Shown here one piece after another: positions 52,589-63,488 of a DNA stretch of 64,000 bases. The position numbers and the translations under genes are program-made. Below the pieces are notes generated by a model. That model was not told the DNA's origin and searched no databases. It saw nothing but the letters and a program-made list of their open reading frames with translations. Numbering within the stretch: position 1 is the stretch's first letter; the number at the start of each line of letters is the position of its first letter. The stretch comes from an uncultured delta proteobacterium (GTDB taxonomy: Bacteria; Myxococcota_A; Polyangia; Haliangiales; Haliangiaceae): contig CAWKDB010000010.1 in assembly GCA_963848295.1 (NCBI GenBank), positions 1,216,001 through 1,280,000 on the forward strand, read 5' to 3'.

Positions 52589-53905
52589 TCACGGAAAGAT
52601 GCCGCGCTCTTTGTAGCAATGTTGCAGGCGCTCGAGCCCGATCGCGTAGCTCGCGGTCCGCCAATCCGTCTTCTGCGCGGCGGCGTACTGGCGCACGTTC
52701 GCGTAGGTCTGCTTCATCCGGCGCTCGAGCCGACCGAGCACGTCCGCCATCTCCCATTGCTCGGCGCGCTTGTTCTGCAGCCACTCGTAGTAGCTGACGA
52801 TCACGCCGCCCGAGTTGCACAGAATGTCGGGGATGACGTCGATGCCCTTCTCGAGCAAGATCTCTTCGGCCTCGGGATAGGTCGGACCGTTCGCGCCCTC
52901 GACCATCATCTTGACCTTGAGCGCCTTGGCTTCGGCAACGCCGACCTCGAGCTCGAGCGCGGCGGGCACGAAGATGTGGGCGTCGAGCCCGAAGAACTCC
53001 TCGCGCGTGATCTTCGAAGCGCCTTTGTAGCCGGACACCGTGCTCGCCTTGTGGACGTGCTCGCCGAGCTTGTGCGGGTTGATGCCTTCGGGGTTCGCGA
53101 TGTAGCCGCCGACATCGCCGACGCCGATGATCACGGCGCCCTTCTGCGACAGCAGGCGCGCCGCGTAGCTCCCGACGTTGCCGAAGCCCTGGATGATGAC
53201 CTGGCAGCCGTCGAGGTTGAAGTTCTTGTCCTTCGCCCACTCGGTGATGCAGTGGACGACGCCCTGCCCGGTCGCTTCGGCGCGGCCGTGGCTGCCACCC
53301 GCCGACACGCTCTTGCCGGTGACGACGCCGCGCACCGTGTTGCGATCGGCCGAGCCGACGATGTTCATGTACGTGTCCATCATCCAGACCATCGTCTGGC
53401 TGTTGGTGTTCACGTCGGGCGCCGGAATGTCGGAGTCTGGTCCGATGTTGTTGCCGAGCGCCGCGGTGAACCGCCGCGTGATCCGCTCGAGCTCGCCGCG
53501 CGAGTGCTGGCGCGGGTCGAACTTGACGCCGCCCTTACCGCCGCCGAACGGAATCTCGTGCAGTGCGCTCTTGTAGGTCATCCACGACGCGAGCGCCTTC
53601 ATCTCGTCGAGGTTCGCCTCTTGGTGATAGCGAATGCCGCCCTTGTAGGGCCCGAGGATGTTGTTGTGCTGGACGCGGTAACCCTTGAACATCTCGATCT
53701 TGCCGTTGTCGCGGCGGACCGGGAAGTTGACGATCAACTCGTTCTTCGGCTGATTCAGGATCTGCGCGATGTCTGAATCGATGTTGATCAGCTTCATCGC
53801 CTTTTCGATCTGCGTGGTAGCGATCTCGAAAAGGTTGCCGCGATCCTTGAGCGCGACTTCGGTCTTTGACGACGGCGGCGCGACCGGCGGAGCAACAGTG
53901 GTCAT
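52589..53905 (-). CDS. gdhA: Glutamate dehydrogenase (Glu/Leu/Phe/Val family)
   Basis: GPYKGGIRY, FGGGKGG, DIPAPDVNT, QGFGNVG, EGANGP. Confidence 0.93.
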   Translation of the reverse strand: MTTVAPPVAPPSSKTEVALKDRGNLFEIATTQIEKAMKLINIDSDIAQILNQPKNELIVNFPVRRDNGKIEMFKGYRVQHNNILGPYKGGIRYHQEANLDEMKALASWMTYKSALHEIPFGGGKGGVKFDPRQHSRGELERITRRFTAALGNNIGPDSDIPAPDVNTNSQTMVWMMDTYMNIVGSADRNTVRGVVTGKSVSAGGSHGRAEATGQGVVHCITEWAKDKNFNLDGCQVIIQGFGNVGSYAARLLSQKGAVIIGVGDVGGYIANPEGINPHKLGEHVHKASTVSGYKGASKITREEFFGLDAHIFVPAALELEVGVAEAKALKVKMMVEGANGPTYPEAEEILLEKGIDVIPDILCNSGGVIVSYYEWLQNKRAEQWEMADVLGRLERRMKQTYANVRQYAAAQKTDWRTASYAIGLERLQHCYKERGIFP

Positions 53906-54088
53906 GGTCGAAAGGCGTACCGCCGAGTGCGCGGGTGGGCAACGGCGACGCGGTCATTTCGGCCGCTATTTCCCCGTATTACGCGCGGCGTCACGGAATT
54001 GGACGGCAGCGGGGACGTTCCGCCCGGTGAGTCTCGCATTTGGCGCACCGATCGCGCGACACGGCGCTGGTTCGCTATATACGCAGCC

Positions 54089-55426
54089 GTGGTCGATCTC
54101 GATCGCGTCGCCGATCGCAAGCTCGCTTCGCACCTCGCGGAGGGCGGGCGGTTGCGCGCACTCGTGCTCGAGCTGTGGCAGCGCACGCGGATGGATTGGG
54201 GGTTCGTCACCGATCGGCTCGCGGTGACGTTCCGCAAGGAGAAGTGGATCGGCGCGCACGAGCGCCGGTTCGTGAGCGAGACGCTGTACGGGCTGGTCCG
54301 CAACGTGCGGCGGATCGATCTCGCGATCGCGCGCGGGACCGAGCGCGCTCGGGATCACAAGCCCGGCAGCCCGCGCGATGTCGAGCGCTTGATCGTGTCT
54401 CTGCTACTTGATGGTCTGCTCGATCGCGAGCGTGCCCAGCGCGCGTTGCCTGCGGTCGACATCGAAGCGGCACTGAAGGTCGACGACGAGATCGCGGGGG
54501 AACGCGACGTCGCGAAGCGGATCGCGCTCGCGGCGTCGTTGCCGGATTGGCTCGCCGCGCGCCTCGTCGCGGATTGGGGCGCCGAGGCCGAGGCCCTCGC
54601 TCACGCGCTCAACCACCGAGCGCCGATGACGGTGCGCGCAAATCTCTTGCTTGGCGATCGAGCGCAGCTCGCGGCCGCGCTCGCGAGCGAAGAGCTCGAG
54701 ACGACGCCGGGCCAATGGTCCGACACGGCACTCGTCGTCGAGTCGCGCACGAATCTGTTCGCGACCGCGGCTTTCAAGGCCGGCGCCCTCGAGGCCCAAG
54801 ACGAAGGGAGCCAGCTCCTCGCCGAGCTCGCGGTGCCGGCGACCGCCAAGCCCCTCGTGGTGGATTACTGCGCCGGCGCCGGCGGCAAGACGCTCGCGAT
54901 CGCAGCGGCGCTCGGCAATCGCGGGAGGATCATCGCGACCGACGTCGACGAGCGCAAGCTCGAAGAGCTGCGCCGCCGCGCCCGCCGCGCGAAGGTGTCG
55001 AACGCGCAAGCGATGATGATCGACGATCGCCGGCTCGACGCGTTCGTCGGCAAAGCCGATGTCGTGTTGATCGACGCGCCGTGCTCGGGTCTCGGTGCGC
55101 TCCGTCGCAATCCCGAAGCGCGCTGGCGGTTGCGCGAAGACGAGCTCGCCGGCTTTGCGAAACGACAACGCGAGATCGTCGCCGCCGCAAAGGGGTTGTG
55201 TGCGCCCGGCGGCCGCATCGTCTACGCGACGTGCTCGCTGCTCGGCATCGAAGATCAGGAGGTCGTCGACGCGGTCACCGCGAACGGCGAGCTCGCGCCG
55301 GTGGCGCTACGCGACGTCATCGGCGCAGACCGCGCGGCGGCACTCGGCGATGGCGAGTCCTTGGTGGTCACGCCCCATCGCCACGGCACCGACGGGTTCT
55401 TCGCGCGCGTGTTGCGCAAGGCGTAA
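54089..55426 (+). CDS. RsmB/NOP family RNA m5C methyltransferase
   Basis: QDEGSQL, DYCAGAGGKT, DAPCSG.G.LRRNP, YATCS, TDGFF. Confidence 0.92.
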   Translation: MVDLDRVADRKLASHLAEGGRLRALVLELWQRTRMDWGFVTDRLAVTFRKEKWIGAHERRFVSETLYGLVRNVRRIDLAIARGTERARDHKPGSPRDVERLIVSLLLDGLLDRERAQRALPAVDIEAALKVDDEIAGERDVAKRIALAASLPDWLAARLVADWGAEAEALAHALNHRAPMTVRANLLLGDRAQLAAALASEELETTPGQWSDTALVVESRTNLFATAAFKAGALEAQDEGSQLLAELAVPATAKPLVVDYCAGAGGKTLAIAAALGNRGRIIATDVDERKLEELRRRARRAKVSNAQAMMIDDRRLDAFVGKADVVLIDAPCSGLGALRRNPEARWRLREDELAGFAKRQREIVAAAKGLCAPGGRIVYATCSLLGIEDQEVVDAVTANGELAPVALRDVIGADRAAALGDGESLVVTPHRHGTDGFFARVLRKA

Positions 55427-55577
55427 GACGTCACCTTCTCCGTCGAGGACGCCGGCCGGCATCGCCCCTGCATTTGCCCAGGCGATGACCTCGGTTTCGA
55501 CCACCGCGCCGGTTCGGGCAACGCTCGACGTTGAGATCGGCAACGTCGCGGGGCCACATGGTACGTTCAGTCGTCCG

Positions 55578-57311
55578 ATGCCCATCGACGTAGCAGTGAT
55601 CCGCGACCTCGCGGCGTTACGTGCGATCGAGGGCGAGTGGCGCGAGCTGTCCGCACGCGGCGGCACGGGTGCGTTGTTTCGCGGCCCGGACTGGCTGATT
55701 CCGTGGTGGCACGCCTATCACAACACGCTCGCCGCCGAGCTCCACGTGTTGGTCGGCAGGTCGACGATCGTCGACTCGACCGGCACGCCACCAGGCGCAC
55801 TCGTCTGCCTTGCGCCGCTGTACCTGCGCACCGTCAAGGTCGCGCTGCTCGATACCCGCGAGCTGCGCTTGCTCGGCGATGCCGGCCCGCGGCCGCCGGC
55901 CCTCGACCTGCTCGCACTTCCGGGGTGGGAGGATCGCGCCGGCGCCGCGATCGCGAAGGCTTTGATCGACGACGCGGCGAATTGGGATGTCGTCGACCTC
56001 GAGCCGCTCGCCGATCCGTCGCGAGTGCGCGCGAACCTCGTGCAACGCATGGCCCCCGCTGGGTTCACGGTCGAGAGCTCCGCGACCGCGGGCGGAGCGA
56101 CCCGCATCGCGTTGACGTCGGCGCCTGCCGATGCGAGCGAGCACGGCATCGTCACGACGTTCGGTGACGACCCGGTCGCGCTGCGCAAGGGCATGAGCGC
56201 GTTGCGCCGGCTATCCCGGCTCGAGTGGGCCGAACGTGACGAACCCTCTCCGCTCGCCGACAACGAAGCGTCGTCGCTGCTCGAAGAGGTCACGCTCGAG
56301 CTCGGCAAGACCGGGCGGGTTCGGCTCGCGCGGCTCGACGACGCGACCGGCGAAGCCGTCGCCGCGGCGCTGATCATCGACGACGCCGATCGCGCGATCG
56401 TGCTCGCGCTCGCCGTCGATCCGTACGTCGCGACGCGCGGTGCGCCGCAGCGCTTGCTCCACGCCGAAGCGCTGTCCGCTCGATCGCGCGGTTGCATCGC
56501 GCTCGATGTCGTGACCGGCGCGGGCGAGTATCCGCTCGCGACGCTGCCGACCTCGAAGCAACCGGCGCTCGCGGTGCGGATCTGGGGTCACTCGACGACC
56601 GCATCGGTCGGTCGCACGTATTCGAACGTCGCGCGCCGCGCTCGGCGGGCTCGCGAGACCCCTTCGGTGGCCGCGGCGCAAGCGCGTGCGGCATGGACCC
56701 GGATCCGCCACGCCGCGGCGAGCGTCGCGCAGTTCGAGCGCTATCACCTCTATCGTGGCCAGCTGTGGACGCGCGGCATCCTGCCGCCCGCCGGGTTAGA
56801 GCTGCACGCGTTCACCGAGGCGGACTACGACAAGCTCGACGAAGCCGGTCGCGCCGATCTGGTCGAACAGCTCGCGCTCGACGAGCTGACCGCGCGCAAG
56901 TTGTGGCGGCGCGGCGATCGCGCGGTGCTCGCGCGGCTCGGGATTCGCCCCGCCGGCATCGCCTGGACGGCGCGCGGCCCGGTCGAGGCGCCCGAGCTCG
57001 GCCGGATCTTGCAGCTCGCCAAGTACGACGCGTACATCCATAGCGTGTTTGTCGCGCCCGCTGCGCGCGGTCGTGCGGTGGCGCCGGTCATGCTCGAGCA
57101 CGTCGCGAAGGACTTGCGAGAGACCGATGCGTATCGATCGTGGGCGTTGATCGCGGCCGACAACCAAGCGTCCTTGCGCGCGTTCCAGAAGGCGTCGTTC
57201 ACGCCGGTGTGCGACATCATCCACGCCAAGATGGCGACGGTCGATCGCGTCGTGTGCCGCCCGCCGGATCCAGAAGCGCTCGAGCTCCTCGGGCTCGAAT
57301 CGCGCAGCTAG
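55578..57311 (+). CDS. Multi-domain GNAT acetyltransferase (CelD/BcsL-like N-terminus plus C-terminal GNAT)
   Basis: EW.EL.....LF..PDWL..WW N-terminus; C-terminal VFVAPAARGRAVA...N.AS...F.K..F. Confidence 0.75.
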   Translation: MPIDVAVIRDLAALRAIEGEWRELSARGGTGALFRGPDWLIPWWHAYHNTLAAELHVLVGRSTIVDSTGTPPGALVCLAPLYLRTVKVALLDTRELRLLGDAGPRPPALDLLALPGWEDRAGAAIAKALIDDAANWDVVDLEPLADPSRVRANLVQRMAPAGFTVESSATAGGATRIALTSAPADASEHGIVTTFGDDPVALRKGMSALRRLSRLEWAERDEPSPLADNEASSLLEEVTLELGKTGRVRLARLDDATGEAVAAALIIDDADRAIVLALAVDPYVATRGAPQRLLHAEALSARSRGCIALDVVTGAGEYPLATLPTSKQPALAVRIWGHSTTASVGRTYSNVARRARRARETPSVAAAQARAAWTRIRHAAASVAQFERYHLYRGQLWTRGILPPAGLELHAFTEADYDKLDEAGRADLVEQLALDELTARKLWRRGDRAVLARLGIRPAGIAWTARGPVEAPELGRILQLAKYDAYIHSVFVAPAARGRAVAPVMLEHVAKDLRETDAYRSWALIAADNQASLRAFQKASFTPVCDIIHAKMATVDRVVCRPPDPEALELLGLESRS

Positions 57312-57317
57312 ATCTCG

Positions 57318-57766
57318 TCGACATCGACGTGAACCCCGAACCTGAACGCCACGTTTGACGTTGACCTTGACCTCGACGGCCGGTGCGCGTGCGCTGCTCC
57401 AGAGTCACCTCCGGCCGTGCCGCGTGTCAGGGCTCGTCGTGGCTCTTTTCAAGCAGAAGCAATGGGGCTGACGCGTCGAGCTCCTTCTGGCGATGAACAC
57501 GACCGCCACGAGGACGATCACGAGCAGCACGAGAAGCAACGCGAGCATCCGCGCAGGATATCGAATGGGAACATGCCAGCTGTCACAATCGACTCGGTTC
57601 CGCATGCCGCCGCTGACCGCCTCTCGATCACAGATGCGAACCACATCGCGCGCGGAATCGCGCCTCTTGGTGATGAGCCGAGCCACCGTCGGTTGATGCC
57701 CGGGTCCGGGCGCGTCGACGTCAATGACCACGGTGGGGTTCAGGTTCAAGTTCACGTCAACGTCAA
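57318..57766. repeat. Imperfect ~60-bp inverted repeats with 6-nt periodicity (57318-57383, 57706-57766)
   Basis: Left GACGTGAACCCCGAACCTGAACGCCAC; right arm reverse complement GACGTGAACTTGAACCTGAACCCCAC. Confidence 0.75.
57405..57548 (-). CDS. Possible small single-TM protein (47 aa)
   Basis: MLALLLVLLVIVLVAVVFIARR hydrophobic helix followed by a basic tail; no homology recognised. Confidence 0.3.
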   Translation of the reverse strand: MLALLLVLLVIVLVAVVFIARRSSTRQPHCFCLKRATTSPDTRHGRR

Positions 57767-57773
57767 ATGATCG

Positions 57774-58046
57774 CTAGGCGATCGCGAAGCTCCGGTCGAT
57801 CCCGGTCGGCTCGAGCTCTTCGACCGCAACGTGGGTGACCCGCGCTGCGGGTGGGCCATGCTCGCACCACGTGAGGAGCGCGGCGACGGCGTCGGGCGGC
57901 GCTTCCGCCTCGAGCTCGACGCGCCCGTCCGCGAGGTTCCGCACCCAGCCTACAACACCGAGCCGGCGGGCCTCGGCGGCGGTCGACGCGCGGTACGACA
58001 CGCCTTGCACGCGCCCCGTGACGACGGCTCGCACCCGGCGATGCAT
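57774..58046 (-). CDS. acyP: Acylphosphatase
   Basis: [28 protein letters not shown]. Confidence 0.93.
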   Translation of the reverse strand: MHRRVRAVVTGRVQGVSYRASTAAEARRLGVVGWVRNLADGRVELEAEAPPDAVAALLTWCEHGPPAARVTHVAVEELEPTGIDRSFAIA

Positions 58047-58116
58047 GAGACGAGTCTCGGAGATATCGCTCGGCGCTGCTAGAGGTTGGAGCCGTCGACC
58101 TGATAGCTTCGAACGG

Positions 58117-58989
58117 ATGGCCCGCGTGCTCAGGCTCCCCGACCACGGTCGGCTGCTCGTGTGCACGGATCTACAGGGCTGCATGCGCGACTACTTGCGC
58201 TTTGTCGAAGTCTTCGAGGAAGCGCTCCACGCCAACCACGGCGACGCGCACGTGCTGTTCACCGGCGACTTGATCCACGGGCCGCACATCGATCCCGATG
58301 ATTGGCCGGACTTCCTCGGGGAGTACTATCGCGACCAGTCCGGCGAGGTCATGATCGCGTACGCCGGGTTGGCGGCGCAGTACCCGGGACGAGTCCACGC
58401 GTTGCTCGGCAACCACGAGCACGGCCACATCGGCGGGCCACACACCGCGAAGTTCGCCGCCGACGAGGTCGCGCTGCTCGAGCACATCCTCGGATCGGCG
58501 GGGACGGCGCGGATGCGGGGCATCATCCACACGTTCGCGCTCGCGGCGGTGTCGAAGTGTGGCGCGGTATTCACGCACGGAGCGCCGGCGGCGGTGGTGG
58601 ACTCGATCGCGGACCTTGAGGCAGCCGACCTCAGCGGTGCGCACTACGCGAGCCCGCTCGACGTGCTCGATACGCCGATCGTCGGCAAGGTGTTGTGGGC
58701 GCGGTCGGCGACCGAGAGCGAGGCGCGGCGGTTCCTGCGCGCGATGAACGGCACGATGAGCATCTACGGCCACGACGTGATCCCGGAAGGGTTCGAGATG
58801 GTCGGCGACGAGCAGATCGTCGTGTCGACGAGCTTCGGCGTGTTCGACTCGAACAAGGTCTACGTGTCGCTCGACCTCGCGGCGAAGTACCGGGGCGTGC
58901 ACGACCTGCGGATCGGCCACGAGATCCTGCCGTTGTATCCAGACAAAGCGCCGGCTCGGCTCGGCGGGCACGCGCGCGCCTCCGGTTGA
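58117..58989 (+). CDS. Calcineurin-like metallophosphoesterase
   Basis: TDLQG, GDLIHG, GNHE, THG and GH motifs. Confidence 0.85.
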   Translation: MARVLRLPDHGRLLVCTDLQGCMRDYLRFVEVFEEALHANHGDAHVLFTGDLIHGPHIDPDDWPDFLGEYYRDQSGEVMIAYAGLAAQYPGRVHALLGNHEHGHIGGPHTAKFAADEVALLEHILGSAGTARMRGIIHTFALAAVSKCGAVFTHGAPAAVVDSIADLEAADLSGAHYASPLDVLDTPIVGKVLWARSATESEARRFLRAMNGTMSIYGHDVIPEGFEMVGDEQIVVSTSFGVFDSNKVYVSLDLAAKYRGVHDLRIGHEILPLYPDKAPARLGGHARASG

Positions 58990-59075
58990 CAAAGTGAACA
59001 CCGTCCCCAGTTAAGATCGCGAGATCGTTTGGGATGGTTTGACGTCGCGGTTGACAGGTAGAACACCGTCCCCGT
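58983..59075 (+). repeat. 28-bp REP-like repeat pair (58983-59010, 59048-59075), direct orientation
   Basis: CGGTTGACAAAGTGAACACCGTCCCCAG and CGGTTGACAGGTAGAACACCGTCCCCGT; 65-bp period. Confidence 0.85.
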
Positions 59076-59123
59076 TTGGAGGGCTTGCATTCGAGCCGTT
59101 ACGTCCCTATACATGCGGGCCCC

Positions 59124-59339
59124 ATGAAGGACACCGCTGGACATCCGCATTACCGCCCCGCTCACATCACGTGTGCATGCGGCGCGGTCCACGACACGTT
59201 CTCCACCAGAGGCGACTTCGGTATCGACATCTGCTCGAACTGCCATCCGTTTTTCACCGGTAAGCAGAAGCTGATGGATACGGCTGGCCGGATCGACCGG
59301 TTCAACAAGAAGTACGCGAAGACGCCCGGCAAGGCGTAA
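59124..59339 (+). CDS. rpmE: 50S ribosomal protein L31 (Zn-binding form)
   Basis: HP.Y....ITCACG...[26 protein letters not shown]. Confidence 0.97.
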   Translation: MKDTAGHPHYRPAHITCACGAVHDTFSTRGDFGIDICSNCHPFFTGKQKLMDTAGRIDRFNKKYAKTPGKA

Positions 59340-59393
59340 GCCGGCTGCCGGGTTTGGTAGCGTCGGCACAGCCAGCCGGGCCGCGACGCTGTC

Positions 59394-60485
<1,092 letters not shown>

Positions 60486-60488
60486 GCG

Positions 60489-60998
60489 CTACTTCACGAG
60501 CTTGCTGAGTTGGGCCTTCATCTGGTCGACCTCTCCGTCGACATCGCCCTTCTCGAACCCGCCGCGGATGTAGCGAATGACACCCTGCGGATCGGCGAGC
60601 ACGGTGGTCGGCATATGATCGGAGCCGTACTTCGCCGCGACCGCCGATTCCGGCGACAGGTAGACGCGGGCCAGGTTCTTGAGCTTCACCTTGTTGTGGA
60701 AGTCTTTGCCGGTGTCGATCTTCTCGTCGAGATCGACCGCGACGAACTCGACCTTGGCTTTCCACGACGGCGCGAGCTTGTCCCACGCGGGTAGCTCCTT
60801 CGCGCACGGTCCGCACCACGACGCGCCGAACGTCAGCATCAGCCACTTGCCCTTGTAGGCCTTGATGCGGAACGCCTTGCCGTTCGCGTCGACCGCACCG
60901 TCGAGCTCGCTCAACCGATCGCCGACCTTGAGCCCGTCGGCGCGCGCGGTGCGCAGGCTGGCGACCGCGAGCAAGCCAACGACGAGGACGGTGCGCAT
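60489..60998 (-). CDS. TlpA-family thiol-disulfide reductase
   Basis: Signal peptide; ASWCGPC..ELP; MPTT. Confidence 0.88.
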   Translation of the reverse strand: MRTVLVVGLLAVASLRTARADGLKVGDRLSELDGAVDANGKAFRIKAYKGKWLMLTFGASWCGPCAKELPAWDKLAPSWKAKVEFVAVDLDEKIDTGKDFHNKVKLKNLARVYLSPESAVAAKYGSDHMPTTVLADPQGVIRYIRGGFEKGDVDGEVDQMKAQLSKLVK

Positions 60999-61021
60999 GG
61001 CGGTGAGACGTACGGCCAGGC

Positions 61022-61936
61022 TCATCGATTCACCGCCAGCTCTTCATCGATCCACATCTCGATGTAGCGCGGGTGCATCGGACCTTCGTACTTGCGGTTG
61101 TTGAAGAACAAGGTAGGCGTCGAGTCCACACCCACGCTCTCGCCTTGGTGCAGGTCGGCTTCGACCTGCGGCAGCGCCTCGGCGTAGTCCGCTTCGAACT
61201 TCGTCATGTCGAGCCCGATCTTCTTCGCCATCTCGGTGACCTGCTCGTGGTCCTGGTTCGGCGCGTTCTCGAACAGCAGATCGTTCATCTCCTTGAACTT
61301 GCCCTGCGCGTTCGCCGCGAGTGCGGCGGACGAGGCGCTCTTCGAGTTCTCGTGCTTCTCGAGCGGGAACTGCAGGAAGTACTCGACGACCTTGCCTTGC
61401 TCGTCGGCGAGGACCTTCTCCATCATCGGCTTGAACGCCTGGCAGTGCGGGCAGCCGTAGTCGTAGAACTCGACGAGTCGAACCGGCGCGCCCTCGGTGC
61501 CGGCGTGAGGCGCGTGGCTGACGTCGAGCTTGACGGTCGGAATGCCCTGCTTGTACTTCGCTTCCCACGCTTCGCGGACCTGATCCTCGGGCACCTCATC
61601 TTGCAGCAGCGACAAGACGTAGCGCACCGCGAACGGCGCGCGCTTGCACGACGTGTCGCTCGTGTACGACTTGCGCAGGCTCTCGTTGCCTTTACCGCAT
61701 GGCGACTCGAGCGAGTCGATCAGCTTGTAAAACACCTGCTGCTTGTCGGTGTCGATCTTGGTCAGGTCGATGCCCTGCAGCGGGGTCGTGTCGACCGGTC
61801 CACTCGGGGCGGCCGATCCGGAGCCGGCTTCGAGCGCGGCGGCCGCGCCTTTGTCGGGGGTTTCCGGCTTCTTCTCGCACGCGCCACCCATGAGCAGCGG
61901 CGTGCAAACTAGGGCGAGCAACGCGGACTTGAACAC
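61022..61936 (-). CDS. DsbA/thioredoxin-fold lipoprotein
   Basis: GGAC lipobox; EFYDYGCPHC; FPL; GVDSTPTLFFN. Confidence 0.88.
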   Translation of the reverse strand: MFKSALLALVCTPLLMGGACEKKPETPDKGAAAALEAGSGSAAPSGPVDTTPLQGIDLTKIDTDKQQVFYKLIDSLESPCGKGNESLRKSYTSDTSCKRAPFAVRYVLSLLQDEVPEDQVREAWEAKYKQGIPTVKLDVSHAPHAGTEGAPVRLVEFYDYGCPHCQAFKPMMEKVLADEQGKVVEYFLQFPLEKHENSKSASSAALAANAQGKFKEMNDLLFENAPNQDHEQVTEMAKKIGLDMTKFEADYAEALPQVEADLHQGESVGVDSTPTLFFNNRKYEGPMHPRYIEMWIDEELAVNR

Positions 61937-61987
61937 CCGCAGGTTGTAGCCCCGCGAACCCGGACGTTCAAGTCTGACCGCGGTCGG

Positions 61988-62040
61988 TTGACGAGCTGCG
62001 TCACGAGCGGTACAAGACCGACTGAATGACGGTTCATTCA
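61988..62040 (+). promoter_or_regulatory. Promoter TTGACG-N17-TACAAG plus palindromic TetR operator TGAATGACGGTTCATTCA (62023-62040)
   Basis: Perfect 7-4-7 palindrome overlapping the TetR start codon. Confidence 0.8.
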
Positions 62041-62673
62041 GCCGCCGAGAAGGCGCCGGACAAGCGGGCCCGGATCCTGAGCGCGGCGGAGCGGATCTTC
62101 GCGCGCCACGGGTTCTTCGCGGCCAAGGTCGCCGACGTGGCGAAAGAAGCGGGCGTCGCCGACGGTACGATCTACCTCTACTTCAAGAGCAAGGACGATC
62201 TGCTGATCTCGGTGTTCGAGCGCCGGATGGAGCAGGTCAACAGCCAGCTGCGCGCCGCGACCGGCAAGCTCGCGCCCAAGCAACAGCTCGTCGCGTTCGT
62301 CCGGACCTACTTGCAGCTCGTTCATGACGAGCCGGCGGCGGCCGAAGTGCTCACGATCGAGCTCCGCCAGTCGAGCAAGTTCATGAAGGAGTACGACAAC
62401 CCGCAGTTCGCGGATTTCCTGCGCATGCTCGGCGGCATCATCGCGGCCGGCCAGGACGCCGGCGACTTCGACGATGCGATCCCGTCGCATATCGTCGCGC
62501 GCTTGATCTTCGGCATGCTCGACGAGCTCGCGCTCGCGTGGGTGCTCGGGCGGGCGAGTTTCGGTGCCGGCGCCCCTGGAACGCGTCCGAAGAAGTTCGA
62601 TATCGTGCGCGCGGCCGACTGGGCTCTCGCGCTCGTCACGACCGGCCTGGTTCGAAAGGAGACGTCACCGTGA
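62026..62673 (+). CDS. TetR/AcrR family regulator (FadR/YsiA-like)
   Basis: ILSAA..IFA..GF......VAKEAGVADGTIYLYFKSKDDLL; ELRQS C-terminal motif; heads etfBA. Confidence 0.9.
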   Translation: MTVHSAAEKAPDKRARILSAAERIFARHGFFAAKVADVAKEAGVADGTIYLYFKSKDDLLISVFERRMEQVNSQLRAATGKLAPKQQLVAFVRTYLQLVHDEPAAAEVLTIELRQSSKFMKEYDNPQFADFLRMLGGIIAAGQDAGDFDDAIPSHIVARLIFGMLDELALAWVLGRASFGAGAPGTRPKKFDIVRAADWALALVTTGLVRKETSP

Positions 62674-63488
62674 AGATTCTCGTCCCCGTCAAGCGCGTTC
62701 CCGACCCCACCCAGAGACCGAAGCTCAAGGACGGCCACATCGACCTCACCGGCGCGTCGTGGATCGTCAATACGTTCGACGAGTACGCCGTCGAGACCGC
62801 GCTGCGGTTGCTCGAAAATGGCGACTCGAACACGCGCACCGCCGGCAGCGAGATCGTCGTGGTGTCGCTCGGGCCCGACGAAGCCGCGAAAGAGATCCGC
62901 ACGACGCTCGCGATGGGCGCCGATCGCGCGATCCACGTCGTGTGCAAAGACGAAGAGATCGATTCGCTCGCGGTCGTGAAGGTGCTCGCGGCGATCATCG
63001 CGACCGAGAAACCCGACCTGGTCGTGATGGGCAAGCAAGCGGTCGACGGCGACGCGAACCAGGTCGGCCAGATGCTCGCCGGCAAGCTCGGCTGGCCGCA
63101 GGCGACGTTCGCCGCATCGATCGAAATGAAGGACAACGCGCTGTCGGTCGGCCGCGAGGTCGACGGCGGCGTCGAGCACAAGAAGGTGCCGATGCCCGCG
63201 GTCGTCACCGTGGATCTCCGCATCGTGTCGAGTCACGCGATCCACAACGGCATCACGCCAGCGACGTTCGCGTACTCCGGCGAAGGCGCGCGCCTGCCGT
63301 CACTCAAGGGCATCATGGCGGCGAAGAAGAAGCCGATGGCCGTGACCAAGCTCGCCGACTACAGCGCCGGGCCCCCCGCGATCAAGGAGATCAGCGTGAC
63401 GCTGCCGCCGCCGCGAGCGGCTGGCCAGATCGTCGCGGACATCCCGACCCTCGTGAAGAAACTCGCCGAAGAAGCGAAGGTGCTCTGA
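62670..63488 (+). CDS. etfB: Electron transfer flavoprotein beta subunit
   Basis: KILVPVKRVPD, N.FDEYAVE.AL, AMGADRA, GKQAVDGD.NQVG, REVDGG. Confidence 0.95.
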   Translation: MKILVPVKRVPDPTQRPKLKDGHIDLTGASWIVNTFDEYAVETALRLLENGDSNTRTAGSEIVVVSLGPDEAAKEIRTTLAMGADRAIHVVCKDEEIDSLAVVKVLAAIIATEKPDLVVMGKQAVDGDANQVGQMLAGKLGWPQATFAASIEMKDNALSVGREVDGGVEHKKVPMPAVVTVDLRIVSSHAIHNGITPATFAYSGEGARLPSLKGIMAAKKKPMAVTKLADYSAGPPAIKEISVTLPPPRAAGQIVADIPTLVKKLAEEAKVL

